Part shown: positions 43,749 to 53,649 of the stretch, in pieces | Layout: each line of letters starts with the position of its first letter | How positions within the stretch are numbered: the stretch's first letter is position 1 | From: an uncultured Gemmatimonadales bacterium | GTDB lineage: Bacteria > Gemmatimonadota > Gemmatimonadetes > Gemmatimonadales > Gemmatimonadaceae | Reading direction: 5' to 3' | Length of the DNA: 64,000 nt | NCBI GenBank assembly: GCA_963793305.1 | Contig: CAWBZV010000002.1 | Coordinates: 256,001 to 320,000 of the forward strand | The notes under the pieces: generated by a model | Told to the model about the DNA's origin: nothing | Seen by the model: only the letters and a program-made list of their open reading frames with translations | The model's database searches: none | Position numbers and translations under genes: made by a program

Positions 43749-45446
43749 CTAGTATCCGACCGCGCCTCCCGTCGCGCGCGGGTCCACGGCGCCAACCCAG
43801 CCGTCGGGCCCGCGCATGACCGCGGTGCACGTGCCGCTGGCGCCGCCCTGCGCCACAGCGTACCCCATCGCCCGCAACGAGTCGAGCATCGCCGGGGCGA
43901 ACCCGCCGTTGTCCACGCGCAAAGTGTCCGGCAGCGCCTGATGGTGGACGCGCGGCGCGCGGATCGCGTCGGCGAGCACCATGTGATAGTCGATCGCGTT
44001 GACGATGACCTCGAGGGTGCTCGAGATGATGCGTGGGCCGCCGCGGGCGCCGACGACGAGGAACAGCCGCCCGGTGGGATCAGTGACAATCGTCGGCGAC
44101 ATCGCGCTCAACATGCGCTTGCCAGGCACGATCGCGTTCTGCTCGCCTTGCACGAGGCCGAACATGTTCGGTTGCCCGGGCTGCGCCGCGAAATCATCCA
44201 TCTCGTCGTTCAAGAAGAACCCCGCACCCCGGACGTATACGCCGGAGCCGTACAACGCATTGAGGGTGGTGGTCGTCGCCACCGCATTCCCGGCCGCATC
44301 CACAACCGAGTAGTGCGTCGTCTCGGTATCGCGCACGGCTCGCGCGTACTGTTTGCTGGTGAGCTGATCGACGGGGTTCTGCACGAATTCCGGGTCGCCG
44401 AGTCGGTTGTTGCGATCGGTGAACGCGCGCTTGAACGCATCGCCCAAGCGGCGCGCATACGCGGTCGTGCCATAGGGCGGCAGCGCTGGGTATGTCTCGA
44501 GGATGTTGAGCGTCTCGACAATCGTCACGCCGCCGGACGACGACGGTGGCATGGTGAGCAGCGAGTACCCGCGGTACGTCCCTCGAATGGGCTCCCGCCA
44601 GCGGGCACGATACGCCGCCAGATCCGCTTCCGTGATCAACCCATGCCCACGCTGCTCTTCGTCCACGATGGCGCTGGCGATGCTTCCACGATAGAACGCG
44701 TCGGGCCCCTGGTCCGCGATGAGGTTCAGCGTGCGCGCGAGCTCGGGTTGGACGAGAGTCGCGCCGACCGCCAGAGGCGCGCCGCCCGGATAGAACCGGT
44801 CGGCCCCGGCGAATCGTCCAATCCGCTTCTGCTCATTCGCCAGCGATCGCGCCAGCGCGCTATCGACGCGAAACCCGACGGTCGCCAGCCGAATCGCCGG
44901 CTCCATCACGCGCCGGAGCGGCATGGTGCCGTACGACTTGAGCGCCTCGGCCAACCCGGCAACGGCGCCAGGAACGCCGGATGCGCGGTACCCGGTCACG
45001 CTCTCGTCGGTCAGCTTCCCGTCCGCCCCGACGTACATGTTGCGGGTAGCCGCGAGGGGCGCGACCTCCCGATAATCGAGCGCCGCGACGCGACCGTCGA
45101 CCATGCGGATGACCATGTACCCGCCACCCCCGATGTTGCCGGCCTCGGGCAGGGTCACCGCGAGCGCGAACCCCGTGGCGACCGCCGCGTCGACCGCATT
45201 GCCACCCTCGCGAAGGATCTCGACGCCGGCCGCGCTGGCGAGACCGCTATTGCTCGCGATCATCGCGTGCGGCGCCGTCGCCAGCACCGGCGTCGTCTGG
45301 AAGCGCCACGTGGACGGAATGCGGCCCGCTGCCGTCGTGAGTTGATCGTGGCCCACGCTGCGAGCGCATGAGGTCGCCGTCAGCGCGATTGTGATGCAGA
45401 TCACGAACCGGCGCCCTTGCGAAACGCTTAACCTGGTCTGTTCCAT
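43749..45446 (-). CDS. ggt: Gamma-glutamyltransferase
   Basis: [33 protein letters not shown] and KRMLSAMSP. Start is 45446 or GTG 45404. Confidence 0.95.
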   Translation of the reverse strand: MEQTRLSVSQGRRFVICITIALTATSCARSVGHDQLTTAAGRIPSTWRFQTTPVLATAPHAMIASNSGLASAAGVEILREGGNAVDAAVATGFALAVTLPEAGNIGGGGYMVIRMVDGRVAALDYREVAPLAATRNMYVGADGKLTDESVTGYRASGVPGAVAGLAEALKSYGTMPLRRVMEPAIRLATVGFRVDSALARSLANEQKRIGRFAGADRFYPGGAPLAVGATLVQPELARTLNLIADQGPDAFYRGSIASAIVDEEQRGHGLITEADLAAYRARWREPIRGTYRGYSLLTMPPSSSGGVTIVETLNILETYPALPPYGTTAYARRLGDAFKRAFTDRNNRLGDPEFVQNPVDQLTSKQYARAVRDTETTHYSVVDAAGNAVATTTTLNALYGSGVYVRGAGFFLNDEMDDFAAQPGQPNMFGLVQGEQNAIVPGKRMLSAMSPTIVTDPTGRLFLVVGARGGPRIISSTLEVIVNAIDYHMVLADAIRAPRVHHQALPDTLRVDNGGFAPAMLDSLRAMGYAVAQGGASGTCTAVMRGPDGWVGAVDPRATGGAVGY

Positions 45447-45447
45447 T

Positions 45448-46384
45448 ATGGCACTCAAGCTAGCGAAACACCGATTGCCTGCCAACGCCGCCGACACGAG
45501 CCTGACTGAGCGCCGGAACCCGCGCACAGCTGATATAGATCTCGCCTCACCGCAAGAGATCGTCGACCTGATCGGCGCGGAGGACGCGACGGTTGCGGCG
45601 GCGGTACACGCCGAGCGCGAAGCGCTCGCGCGCGCCATCGAATTCGCCGTCGCCGCGTTTCACTCCGGGGGTCGCCTACTATACGTGGGCGCCGGCACGT
45701 CGGGCCGACTCGGCGTGCTCGACGCGGCCGAGTGCCCGCCGACCTTCGGCACGGACCCTTCGATGGTGCAGGCCCTGATTGCGGGCGGCCCAGCGGCCAT
45801 CACGCGCGCACAGGAGGGAGCCGAGGACCGCCCCGAATGCCGGCGCGGCTGACCTCGCCGCCGCCCGAGTCGGCCCCGCTGACTTCGTCATCGGTATCGC
45901 CGCATCCGGCACCACCCCGTACGTCCGGGGCGCTCTCGCGTATGCCCGCGAGGCTGGTGCTCGCACTGCCATTGTCGCCAGCACGCCAATACCATCCGAC
46001 CTCAAAGTCAACGTCGCGATCCTGCCGATCGTCGGCCCGGAGGTGATCACGGGCTCGACCCGCATGAAAGCAGGCACGGCGACGAAGCTCGTGCTGAACA
46101 CGATCACGACCGGTGCGATGATCCGCCTCGGCAAGACGTACGGCAACCTGATGGTCGACCTCAAGGCCACGAACGCGAAGTTGGCGGCCCGGAGCGAACG
46201 TATCGTCGCCGAGGTCGGCGGGATCTCGCGTGAGGCCGCGCGCGAAGTGCTCGCCAGCGCGGGCGGTAGCGTCAAAGTCGCGATCGTCATGCACAAGCGT
46301 GGCGTCGATCGAGCCGAGGCAGAGCGCCTGTTGACCGAGGCCTGCGGTCTCCTTCGCGACATCATCGGCCCGCCGCCGCCGTGA
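45448..46384 (+). CDS. murQ: N-acetylmuramic acid 6-phosphate etherase with an apparent +1 frameshift at ~45837
   Basis: [26 protein letters not shown] and EGAED, then [10 protein letters not shown] and [16 protein letters not shown] in the next frame. Start uncertain. Confidence 0.92.
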
Positions 46385-47469
46385 GCGAACTGTACGTCGG
46401 ACTCATGTCCGGCACGTCCCTCGACGGAATCACGGCCGCGGTCGCCCGCTTCTCGGAAAACCGCTGCGAGCTCGTGGCGTCGAGCACGTGCCGGTACAGC
46501 GACCAGCAGCGCGCTCGCTTCGAACGCGCGCTCGGAGGTCCGATCTCGGCCGCCGAGTGGGCCCGTCTCGACGTGGACCTCGGCACCTGGCTCGCCGATG
46601 CGGCGCTGACGGCGATCGCCAAAAGCGGCGTCGAGGCGACTGCCATCCGCGCGATCGGATCGCATGGCCAGACCGTCTGGCACGAGCCCGCTCGGGCCAC
46701 GTGGCAGATCGGCCAGGCCGCGGTGATCGCCGAGCGGACGGGGATCGATGTCATCAGTGATTTTCGGGTGCGCGATGTCGCCGCGGGCGGGCAGGGCGCT
46801 CCGCTCGTCACACTCGCCGACGCGATGTTGTTTCGTGCGCCGCACGGCGTGCGCGCGTTGCAAAACCTCGGCGGCATCGGCAACGTGACGGTCGTCGCCA
46901 ATGTCGTCCGGGCGTTCGATACGGGCCCGGGCGTCGTGGTCATCGATGGCGTGGTCCGTCGCCTGACCGGTCTGCCATATGACACCGATGGCCGTCTCGC
47001 CCGCGCGGGTCGTCCGCTCGAGTCCGTCGTCGCTCGCGCGTTGACCGATGCGTATTTCTCCGCGCCGCCGCCCAAGTCGACCGGTCGCGAGCTGTTCACC
47101 GCCGAGTATGTGACCGCCTTTATCGACCAATGCCGGGGCGCATCGACGGCGGACATCGTCGCCACCGCGGTCGCGTTGACTGCCGCAAGCCTGGCCAATG
47201 CCTACAATCGATTCGTGCCCGAGCCGCTGGCCGACGTGTTGCTGTCTGGCGGTGGTGCGAGCAACCCAGCCCTCGTCGATGCGATCACGCGTGCGCTCGC
47301 GCCGCGGATCGTGCGTCGGTTCGATGATGTCTTTTTTGATGGCGAAGCCAAAGAGGCCGTGGCGTTCGCGTTTTTGGCCTATCGGCACGTCCACGCGCTG
47401 CCAGGGAACGTCCCGTCCGCGACCGGCGCGGTCGGACCGCGCATCCTCGGAAAACTGACGCCGGCATGA
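46381..47469 (+). CDS. anmK: Anhydro-N-acetylmuramic acid kinase
   Basis: GLMSGTSLDG, GSHGQT, GGQGAPL, DTGPG and PKSTGRE. Confidence 0.96.
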   Translation: MSELYVGLMSGTSLDGITAAVARFSENRCELVASSTCRYSDQQRARFERALGGPISAAEWARLDVDLGTWLADAALTAIAKSGVEATAIRAIGSHGQTVWHEPARATWQIGQAAVIAERTGIDVISDFRVRDVAAGGQGAPLVTLADAMLFRAPHGVRALQNLGGIGNVTVVANVVRAFDTGPGVVVIDGVVRRLTGLPYDTDGRLARAGRPLESVVARALTDAYFSAPPPKSTGRELFTAEYVTAFIDQCRGASTADIVATAVALTAASLANAYNRFVPEPLADVLLSGGGASNPALVDAITRALAPRIVRRFDDVFFDGEAKEAVAFAFLAYRHVHALPGNVPSATGAVGPRILGKLTPA

Positions 47470-48878
47470 TTGCCTACGCGCAGTTATTGATCCCGACGAT
47501 CTGGTGGGATGAGAAGACGGGTTTCGCTGGCGCGAAGCCGCGGACTGACGCCGCATTGGGACTCGGCGTCGGAGGGTTCATTTTGCGTGGGGGCGAGCGC
47601 GAAGCCGTGCGCGCGCTCACGAAAGACTTGCGGCAGCGTTCGCGCATCCCACTGCTGATCGCCGCCGACCTGGAGCGCGGCGCCGGCGAGCAATTCGTCG
47701 GCGCGACGGGCCTGCCCCCAGTCGGCGCGATTGCGTCGCTCGGCGATATGGATGCCATTCGTCGCGCGGCCCGCCTCACCGCACGCGAGGCGCGCACCAT
47801 GGGAGTCAACTGGGATTTCGCGCCGGTCTGCGACCTCGATCTCGATACCAACAATCCGATCGTCGGGACGCGGGCGTTCGGGTCGGATCCCGTGCGCGCC
47901 AGCGAGTGCGCGGCCGAGTGGATCGCGGCGTGCCAGTCGGAAGGCGTGCTGGCCTGCGCGAAGCATTTTCCGGGGCATGGGCGCACCGAGTCCGACTCGC
48001 ACTGCGCGTTGCCCGTCGTGCGCGCGTCGGTCGCGGAGCTCACTGACGTCGATCTCGCTCCGTTCCGCGCCGCGATCGCGACCGGCGTCGCCTCGCTCAT
48101 GACCGCGCATGTCGCGTATCCCGCGCTCGACTCGAGCGGTCAGCCGGCCACGCTGTCGCGCGAAATTCTGCACTGGCTCCTGCGGCAGCGCCTCAAATTC
48201 GACGGGCTGGTGATCAGCGACGCCATGACAATGGCCGGCGTGCGCGACGGTCGCGACGAGTCCGAGGCGGTGGTCGAAGCCGTTCGCGCCGGATGCGATC
48301 TCGTGCTCGACCCCGTCGACCTGCCTGGCGCCATCGCGGCATTGGAAGCCGCGGCAAAAGATCGGCGGTTCGACGACGAGCGGTTGCACCAGTCGCTGCG
48401 TCGTCGGCTCAAGTGGGCGCAGTGGGCGTCGCCGCCCAACGAGTATCGGCGGCCGTCGCTCACCGATCTCGCCTGGGGCGATCAGCTCGCCGAGCGCGTG
48501 ATTCACGTCGTACGCGGTGCGGTGCCGCGGGTCGCCGGCCCGCTCAACGTCCTCGTGATCGACGACGATCATGCGCAGCCGAGCGCATCACGCGACGTGT
48601 TCGTCGCATCGCTGCACGCGGCTGGCGTCAAGCTCGGAGCAAGTGGCGCTGTGATCGTCGCATTGTTCGGCGACCTCGGGCCAGGACGCGAACGCGTTGG
48701 ATACGCGCCCGAAACCTTGGCGAGGGTAGCGGCCGCGCGAGCGACGCTCGTCGTGCAATTCGGCCCACCGCGCTGGGCGTCCGCGCTGACCGACGCCCCG
48801 AACGTTATCTCGGCCTGGGGCGGCGACCGAACGATGCAAACCGCCGCCGCGCGCTGGCTCAAACGCGCCGCATTGTGA
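47466..48878 (+). CDS. nagZ: GH3 beta-N-acetylhexosaminidase (NagZ-like)
   Basis: ADLERG, KHFPGHGRTESDSH, MTAH and ISDAMTM; operon with murQ-anmK. Confidence 0.88.
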   Translation: MIAYAQLLIPTIWWDEKTGFAGAKPRTDAALGLGVGGFILRGGEREAVRALTKDLRQRSRIPLLIAADLERGAGEQFVGATGLPPVGAIASLGDMDAIRRAARLTAREARTMGVNWDFAPVCDLDLDTNNPIVGTRAFGSDPVRASECAAEWIAACQSEGVLACAKHFPGHGRTESDSHCALPVVRASVAELTDVDLAPFRAAIATGVASLMTAHVAYPALDSSGQPATLSREILHWLLRQRLKFDGLVISDAMTMAGVRDGRDESEAVVEAVRAGCDLVLDPVDLPGAIAALEAAAKDRRFDDERLHQSLRRRLKWAQWASPPNEYRRPSLTDLAWGDQLAERVIHVVRGAVPRVAGPLNVLVIDDDHAQPSASRDVFVASLHAAGVKLGASGAVIVALFGDLGPGRERVGYAPETLARVAAARATLVVQFGPPRWASALTDAPNVISAWGGDRTMQTAAARWLKRAAL

Positions 48879-48932
48879 CGCCGGCCGCGCCACCTCGTCA
48901 GATCGCGTAGCCTATCAACGACGAGGTGGGGC

Positions 48933-49355
48933 GTGAAACGTGGGTTCGTGGTCGCGGTCTTGGTGCTCGCCGGTTGCAACATCCCCGGCCTGGACGATCC
49001 GACATCGGGCGGGTCGTCGTCAACGTCGTCCGGCTCTGGTATCGCGACGTTCGACGGCACATACAGCTATAGCTACCAGATCGATAACAACGGCACCGAG
49101 CAGTCGAATAGCAACGCCGCGCAGCTCCTTATCTCGAATGGCGTGATCACGAGCAACCCAGCCGGTTTCGCCGGCAGCGTGACGGACAGCACGGGCAACG
49201 TGTCGTTCGTGGGTCCCTGTCCGATCAGCGGGAACACGGGCGGGGCGACCTACATCGGGACGGTCGTCAACGACACCCCGAAGTTCGGGCAGGGTACCTG
49301 GACCTGCACGACCGGGGGCGTGTCGGACAACTGGCAGGTGAACGGCGGCGACTAG
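48933..49355 (+). CDS. Hypothetical lipoprotein (Gly/Ser/Thr/Asn-rich)
   Basis: MKRGFVVAVLVLAGC lipobox; GAGG SD upstream. Confidence 0.75.
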   Translation: MKRGFVVAVLVLAGCNIPGLDDPTSGGSSSTSSGSGIATFDGTYSYSYQIDNNGTEQSNSNAAQLLISNGVITSNPAGFAGSVTDSTGNVSFVGPCPISGNTGGATYIGTVVNDTPKFGQGTWTCTTGGVSDNWQVNGGD

Positions 49356-50644
49356 TTCGGTAGCTCGCGAGCGAGCACGGTCGCTGGTACCGCGTACACA
49401 ATCCGCCCAGCGCTTTCCCGAGCGCCGCCATAGACGACGCCGATGACATTCCCGTCGGCGTCGAACACCGGGCTGCCGCTCGATCCCTCGCCGGCGAACG
49501 AATCCATCTGAATGACGTCGTCGAGCACTTTGCTGAGGGTGCCGGCGACGAGCGTCGAGCGCGCGGTGATCTGCATCCCGCTGCCTTCCATGGGGGTATC
49601 GATGCCGAGCGGATACCCGATGATCGCGGCGGGCGAACCGACGCCTGGCGGTTTCGCGCTCGCCGACGGCGGGGCAATGGCGGGATACGTTCCCGTTTCG
49701 TCGATTTGCAGGAACGCCAGATCGGCGTCCGACGAGACCTTCACGACGTGCGCCGGCACCCATCGTTTCGTATCCGAAAAGATGAGGAGCATGCGCTGCG
49801 CGGCCGTTCCGTCGTCCGAGCGCACGAGATGCCGGTTGGTGACGACGAGCCCCGCTGTCGAGACTGAAAACCCCGTGCCCGTGAACGCGTGCCCGTCCGG
49901 CATCTCGACGGCAATGAGCACGACGGCCGGCCCTTTCGATCGCGCGATCTTCGCGTAATCCACCCGCGACGCGGTCGCCAGGAGCTTCTCGCGCGACTCC
50001 GAGTGTTTGAGCTGCGCGACGTCCGCGGCCGCTTGTGCGCTGCCCCGTTGCTCGGCCGCGAGCCGCGTGCGTAAGCCTTCGCTTTCGTGCTGCGCCGCCG
50101 ACAGCGCGCTATCGAGGCCCGAGGCGCGAGAGCTCACGTCCCGCACGCTGGCCGAGAGCACCTGATTGACGCTGTCGCTCTTGCGCAGCAATGCGTCGAG
50201 CGCCGACTCCCGCTTGCGGGCCGCCCGGTGCGTGGCCGAGTAGGCGACGATGATGCCGGCGGCGAACCCTGCCGCCCCACCCACGGTCATCCACACGCGC
50301 CGCCGCGTCCAATGGAAGCGGCGGTCGACGTGAAACTCCATGCGCGGGCCACTGGCGCCGAACGCAATGACATCGCCATCGGTCAGCACGTGGTCCCGCT
50401 CGAGGCGATCGCCGTTCACCCAGGTGCCGTTCGTGCTCCCCGCGTCGCGGATCGTAAACCGCGTGCCGTTGCCGCTGCCAATGATTTCCGCGTGGCGTCC
50501 GGAGACGTCGCGATCTTTGGTCGGATCGAACTGAAAGTCACTCGCCGGATGCCGCCCGATGCGCAACCGCTGCATGCGGCGGCCATCGAATCGCGCGGTG
50601 TGGCCGCTTTTCGCGCCGGTCAGAACGTGGAGGACGATGCGCAT
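49352..50644 (-). CDS. FHA domain - TM helix - coiled coil - trypsin-like serine protease
   Basis: FHA motifs IGRHP, VSGRHA and STNGTWVNG; protease triad TNRHLV, ADLAFL and GSSGSP. Confidence 0.9.
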   Translation of the reverse strand: MRIVLHVLTGAKSGHTARFDGRRMQRLRIGRHPASDFQFDPTKDRDVSGRHAEIIGSGNGTRFTIRDAGSTNGTWVNGDRLERDHVLTDGDVIAFGASGPRMEFHVDRRFHWTRRRVWMTVGGAAGFAAGIIVAYSATHRAARKRESALDALLRKSDSVNQVLSASVRDVSSRASGLDSALSAAQHESEGLRTRLAAEQRGSAQAAADVAQLKHSESREKLLATASRVDYAKIARSKGPAVVLIAVEMPDGHAFTGTGFSVSTAGLVVTNRHLVRSDDGTAAQRMLLIFSDTKRWVPAHVVKVSSDADLAFLQIDETGTYPAIAPPSASAKPPGVGSPAAIIGYPLGIDTPMEGSGMQITARSTLVAGTLSKVLDDVIQMDSFAGEGSSGSPVFDADGNVIGVVYGGARESAGRIVYAVPATVLARELPN

Positions 50645-50656
50645 CGTGCTCCGGCG

Positions 50657-51838
50657 CTACTTGGTTCGGAGATACGTGACGAGCCCGTAGACGAGAACCA
50701 CGATGGCGGCGACCGCGACGATCAGGACCGCGGCGCGCCGCTTGCGCCCCTTGGGCTGCGGCGCACTGGGGTCCGTGCCGAGCGCTGCCCTGGCGGCTTC
50801 GATGTCAGCCGGCGTCAGCGCTCGCCGCACGCCGGTCGGCTGCAGCGACGGAAAGGCCGTGTGGTCCGCCGCGGGCGGCGCCGCGTTCAACACCTCGGTC
50901 AGCTCGTCGCGCGGGGGGGTCGGTGCGCTGACCTCGAGACGCGGATGCGGCGTGACCGGCGTCGTCTCGCCGACGGCGAACGTCTGGTGCCCAACCTGGT
51001 CGCCATCGGTGGGTGGCACGAGGCCCTCGCCCTCGAATCGCGCCGCCACGACCGTGATGTTATCCGGCCCGCCACTCTCGTTCGCGAGCGAGATGAGCTG
51101 ATGGCACAGCGTCACGAGGTCTGACGACTCGCGCGCCACCCGCTGGATCTCGTGATCGCGCACCACGCCGGACAATCCATCGCTACACAGTACGAGCACG
51201 TCGCCCCGACGAAGCTGCTGGTGAGTGATGTCGACCTTGATGGCGGCCTCGGGTCCGAGCGCCTGCAGGATAATGTTGCGGCGCTCGCTCACCTCGGCCT
51301 CTTCGGCCGTGATCTCGCCGGCTTCGATCAGTCGCTGCATGAGCGACTGGTCCTTCGTCAGTTGCCGCACCTCGCCCTGGCGCATGAGATACGCGCGACT
51401 GTCGCCGACCTGCGCGATGTAGAGCGTGTCGCCGAGGATCCCGGCGACCGTCGCCGTCGTGCCCATGCCGCGGTTTTCGGGGTGCTCCGACGCATACTCG
51501 TGGATCCGATCGTTCGCGACCTCGGTCGCATCGTGCAGCGTCACCGCGAACACCTTCGGGTCCGTGCCGGGCCCAGACGACCACTTGCCTCGCAACTCGG
51601 ACAGAATGACATCGACCGCCATCGAGCTCGCGATCTCGCCCGCCGCGGCGCCGCCCATGCCGTCGGCGACCATGAACAGGGTGCCGTGCTCTCCCGGCAC
51701 CTGCGTCTGTTCGGCCGGGAACGTCAGTGGCTGCGCCTTGTCGAGATCGGCGACCATGAACGCGTCTTCATTGTGCTCGCGCGTTCGGCCGACGTCCGAA
51801 ACGCCGTACACGTGCACGACGATGTTCGGCTCGGTCAC
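50657..51838 (-). CDS. PP2C-family Ser/Thr phosphatase with C-terminal TM helix (Stp1/PstP-like)
   Basis: REHNEDA, VADGMGG, GMGTT, VGDSRAY, CSDGL and GGPDNIT; GTGA coupling to the kinase. Confidence 0.94.
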   Translation of the reverse strand: MTEPNIVVHVYGVSDVGRTREHNEDAFMVADLDKAQPLTFPAEQTQVPGEHGTLFMVADGMGGAAAGEIASSMAVDVILSELRGKWSSGPGTDPKVFAVTLHDATEVANDRIHEYASEHPENRGMGTTATVAGILGDTLYIAQVGDSRAYLMRQGEVRQLTKDQSLMQRLIEAGEITAEEAEVSERRNIILQALGPEAAIKVDITHQQLRRGDVLVLCSDGLSGVVRDHEIQRVARESSDLVTLCHQLISLANESGGPDNITVVAARFEGEGLVPPTDGDQVGHQTFAVGETTPVTPHPRLEVSAPTPPRDELTEVLNAAPPAADHTAFPSLQPTGVRRALTPADIEAARAALGTDPSAPQPKGRKRRAAVLIVAVAAIVVLVYGLVTYLRTK

Positions 51839-53547
51839 TGACACTCCTGCGCGATCGCGTTCGAGTCCGCGACCTCCCACCGGTTGCCCCGCGCGGCGTT
51901 TCGCATCTCCCCACTGGTCAACACGGAGCACGCTTCCGCGGACTTCTTGAGGATGACATAAGCGTCGGCACGGTCGAACAATACTTCGGCCTTCTGCGTC
52001 GGATCAGTCACCCTGGGCAGGACACGGCTGGTCAAGGCGAGGGCTTCAGTGGCGTTTGCGTCGGTGCGTTTCTCGAGCAGCGACCCAATACGCTCGATCA
52101 GTGCGGCGGGAGACGCCGCAGTATCCGTGGCCGGCGGCGGCGTCACGTGGCCACCGGTGGTCGAGTCGTGTCGAGCCGGTGGCTTCTGTCGCTGCCCTTT
52201 GCCGCCGTCCGACGTCTGCTTGACAACCGTGCTCGTATCGTGCGTCAGACTGTCGGGTGCTGGGGCGACCTGGGCGGTCGTGTCCTTCCCTACAATAGGC
52301 GGCTTCGAGCCCCGGCCGTTGGTCGCCAGCACGAACGCCGTGCCGCCGGCAACGAGGAGCGCCACCGCGCTGATCCCGACCACGAGCCCCGTACGCTTGC
52401 GCGGCGGGCCAGATGGCGGCGGAGCGGACGGGCCCTCGGCCGCGCCAGGACCGCGTGGCAGCGTCGGAGGCTCGACCGCAGGCGCCACTCGCGTCGCCGG
52501 CACGGTGCTCGCTCCGCCCGCTTTGCCGGCAGCCATCGCGTCCATCGCCGTCGTGACAGCGCCGTAGGGACTCTGCCGTGGAACCGCCACCCCGGCGGCT
52601 TGCGCGGCATGCACGAGGTCAGCACCGAAGTCTGCGGCGACCGCGTAGCGCTGGGTCATATCCCGCGCCAACACCTTGTCGAAGACGGCCTGTAGACCGG
52701 GCGGAAAGGTGAGATCTGGCCGCATTTCCGCCAGCGTTTTCGGCTTCTCCATGAGGCGCATGAGCATCGCCTCCTGCGCGGTCTCGCTCGGAAACGGAAG
52801 CTTGCCCGTCAGCATGACGAAGGTCACGAGGCCAAGCGAATAAACGTCGCTCCGCCCATCGAGTTTGTCCCCGGCCAACTGCTCGGGGCTCATGTACTCG
52901 GGCGTGCCGACGACCAATCCGGTCTTGGTGACTTTCTGCGCCTCGTTCTGACTCGCTTTCGCGATGCCGAAATCCACGACCTTCACCATATCGGCGCCTT
53001 CCCGCCCGCGCCCAATCATGATGTTGTCGGGCTTCAAGTCCCGGTGCACGATCCCCAGCTCGTGAGCGACCGTCAGCGCGTCGGCCGTCTGCCGAGCGAT
53101 AGTCACCGCGCGGGCCAACGGCAGCGCGCCCAAGCGCTGGATGAGCTTCGTCAGCGGCTCGCCGTCGACGAACTCCATCGCGAGGTAGATGAGGCCGTCC
53201 AACGTCTCCCCGAAGTCGTAGATGGCCGCGACATTGGGATGCGTGATGCGGCTCGCGTTCGCGGCTTCCCGGTTGAACCGGCTCACCGCGTCGGGGTCCC
53301 GTGTCAGGTTCGGGCTCATGACCTTTACCGCGCACCGCCGCGCCATGCGGACGTGCTCGGCCAGGTACACCTGCCCCATGCCACCTTCGCCCAGCTTCTG
53401 CAAAACGTGATACCGCTCGGCGACGACTTGGCCAACGAGATCGGCATGAACGTCGGCGGAACGCAGCGCCGAGCCGTCCTTAGGACAGAAGCGCTCGGAC
53501 ACCGGGTATTCCGTGCCGCACGTCGGACAGGTTTTCAAGGGCGTCAA
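51835..53547 (-). CDS. Membrane Ser/Thr protein kinase with N-terminal Zn ribbon
   Basis: CPTC...FCPKDG, LGEGGMG, HRDLKPDN, DFG, GTPEYMSPEQ, a TM helix and a helical C-terminal domain. Confidence 0.95.
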   Translation of the reverse strand: MTPLKTCPTCGTEYPVSERFCPKDGSALRSADVHADLVGQVVAERYHVLQKLGEGGMGQVYLAEHVRMARRCAVKVMSPNLTRDPDAVSRFNREAANASRITHPNVAAIYDFGETLDGLIYLAMEFVDGEPLTKLIQRLGALPLARAVTIARQTADALTVAHELGIVHRDLKPDNIMIGRGREGADMVKVVDFGIAKASQNEAQKVTKTGLVVGTPEYMSPEQLAGDKLDGRSDVYSLGLVTFVMLTGKLPFPSETAQEAMLMRLMEKPKTLAEMRPDLTFPPGLQAVFDKVLARDMTQRYAVAADFGADLVHAAQAAGVAVPRQSPYGAVTTAMDAMAAGKAGGASTVPATRVAPAVEPPTLPRGPGAAEGPSAPPPSGPPRKRTGLVVGISAVALLVAGGTAFVLATNGRGSKPPIVGKDTTAQVAPAPDSLTHDTSTVVKQTSDGGKGQRQKPPARHDSTTGGHVTPPPATDTAASPAALIERIGSLLEKRTDANATEALALTSRVLPRVTDPTQKAEVLFDRADAYVILKKSAEACSVLTSGEMRNAARGNRWEVADSNAIAQECQ

Positions 53548-53649
53548 ACCGTATCCCCCCGGGGAACCGATCCAAAATAGACTATATCAATAGCCGTGAT
53601 GTCACCCCCGGGTCGCCCGAATAGGGTGCCAGTGCTTACTTTCCCGTCC

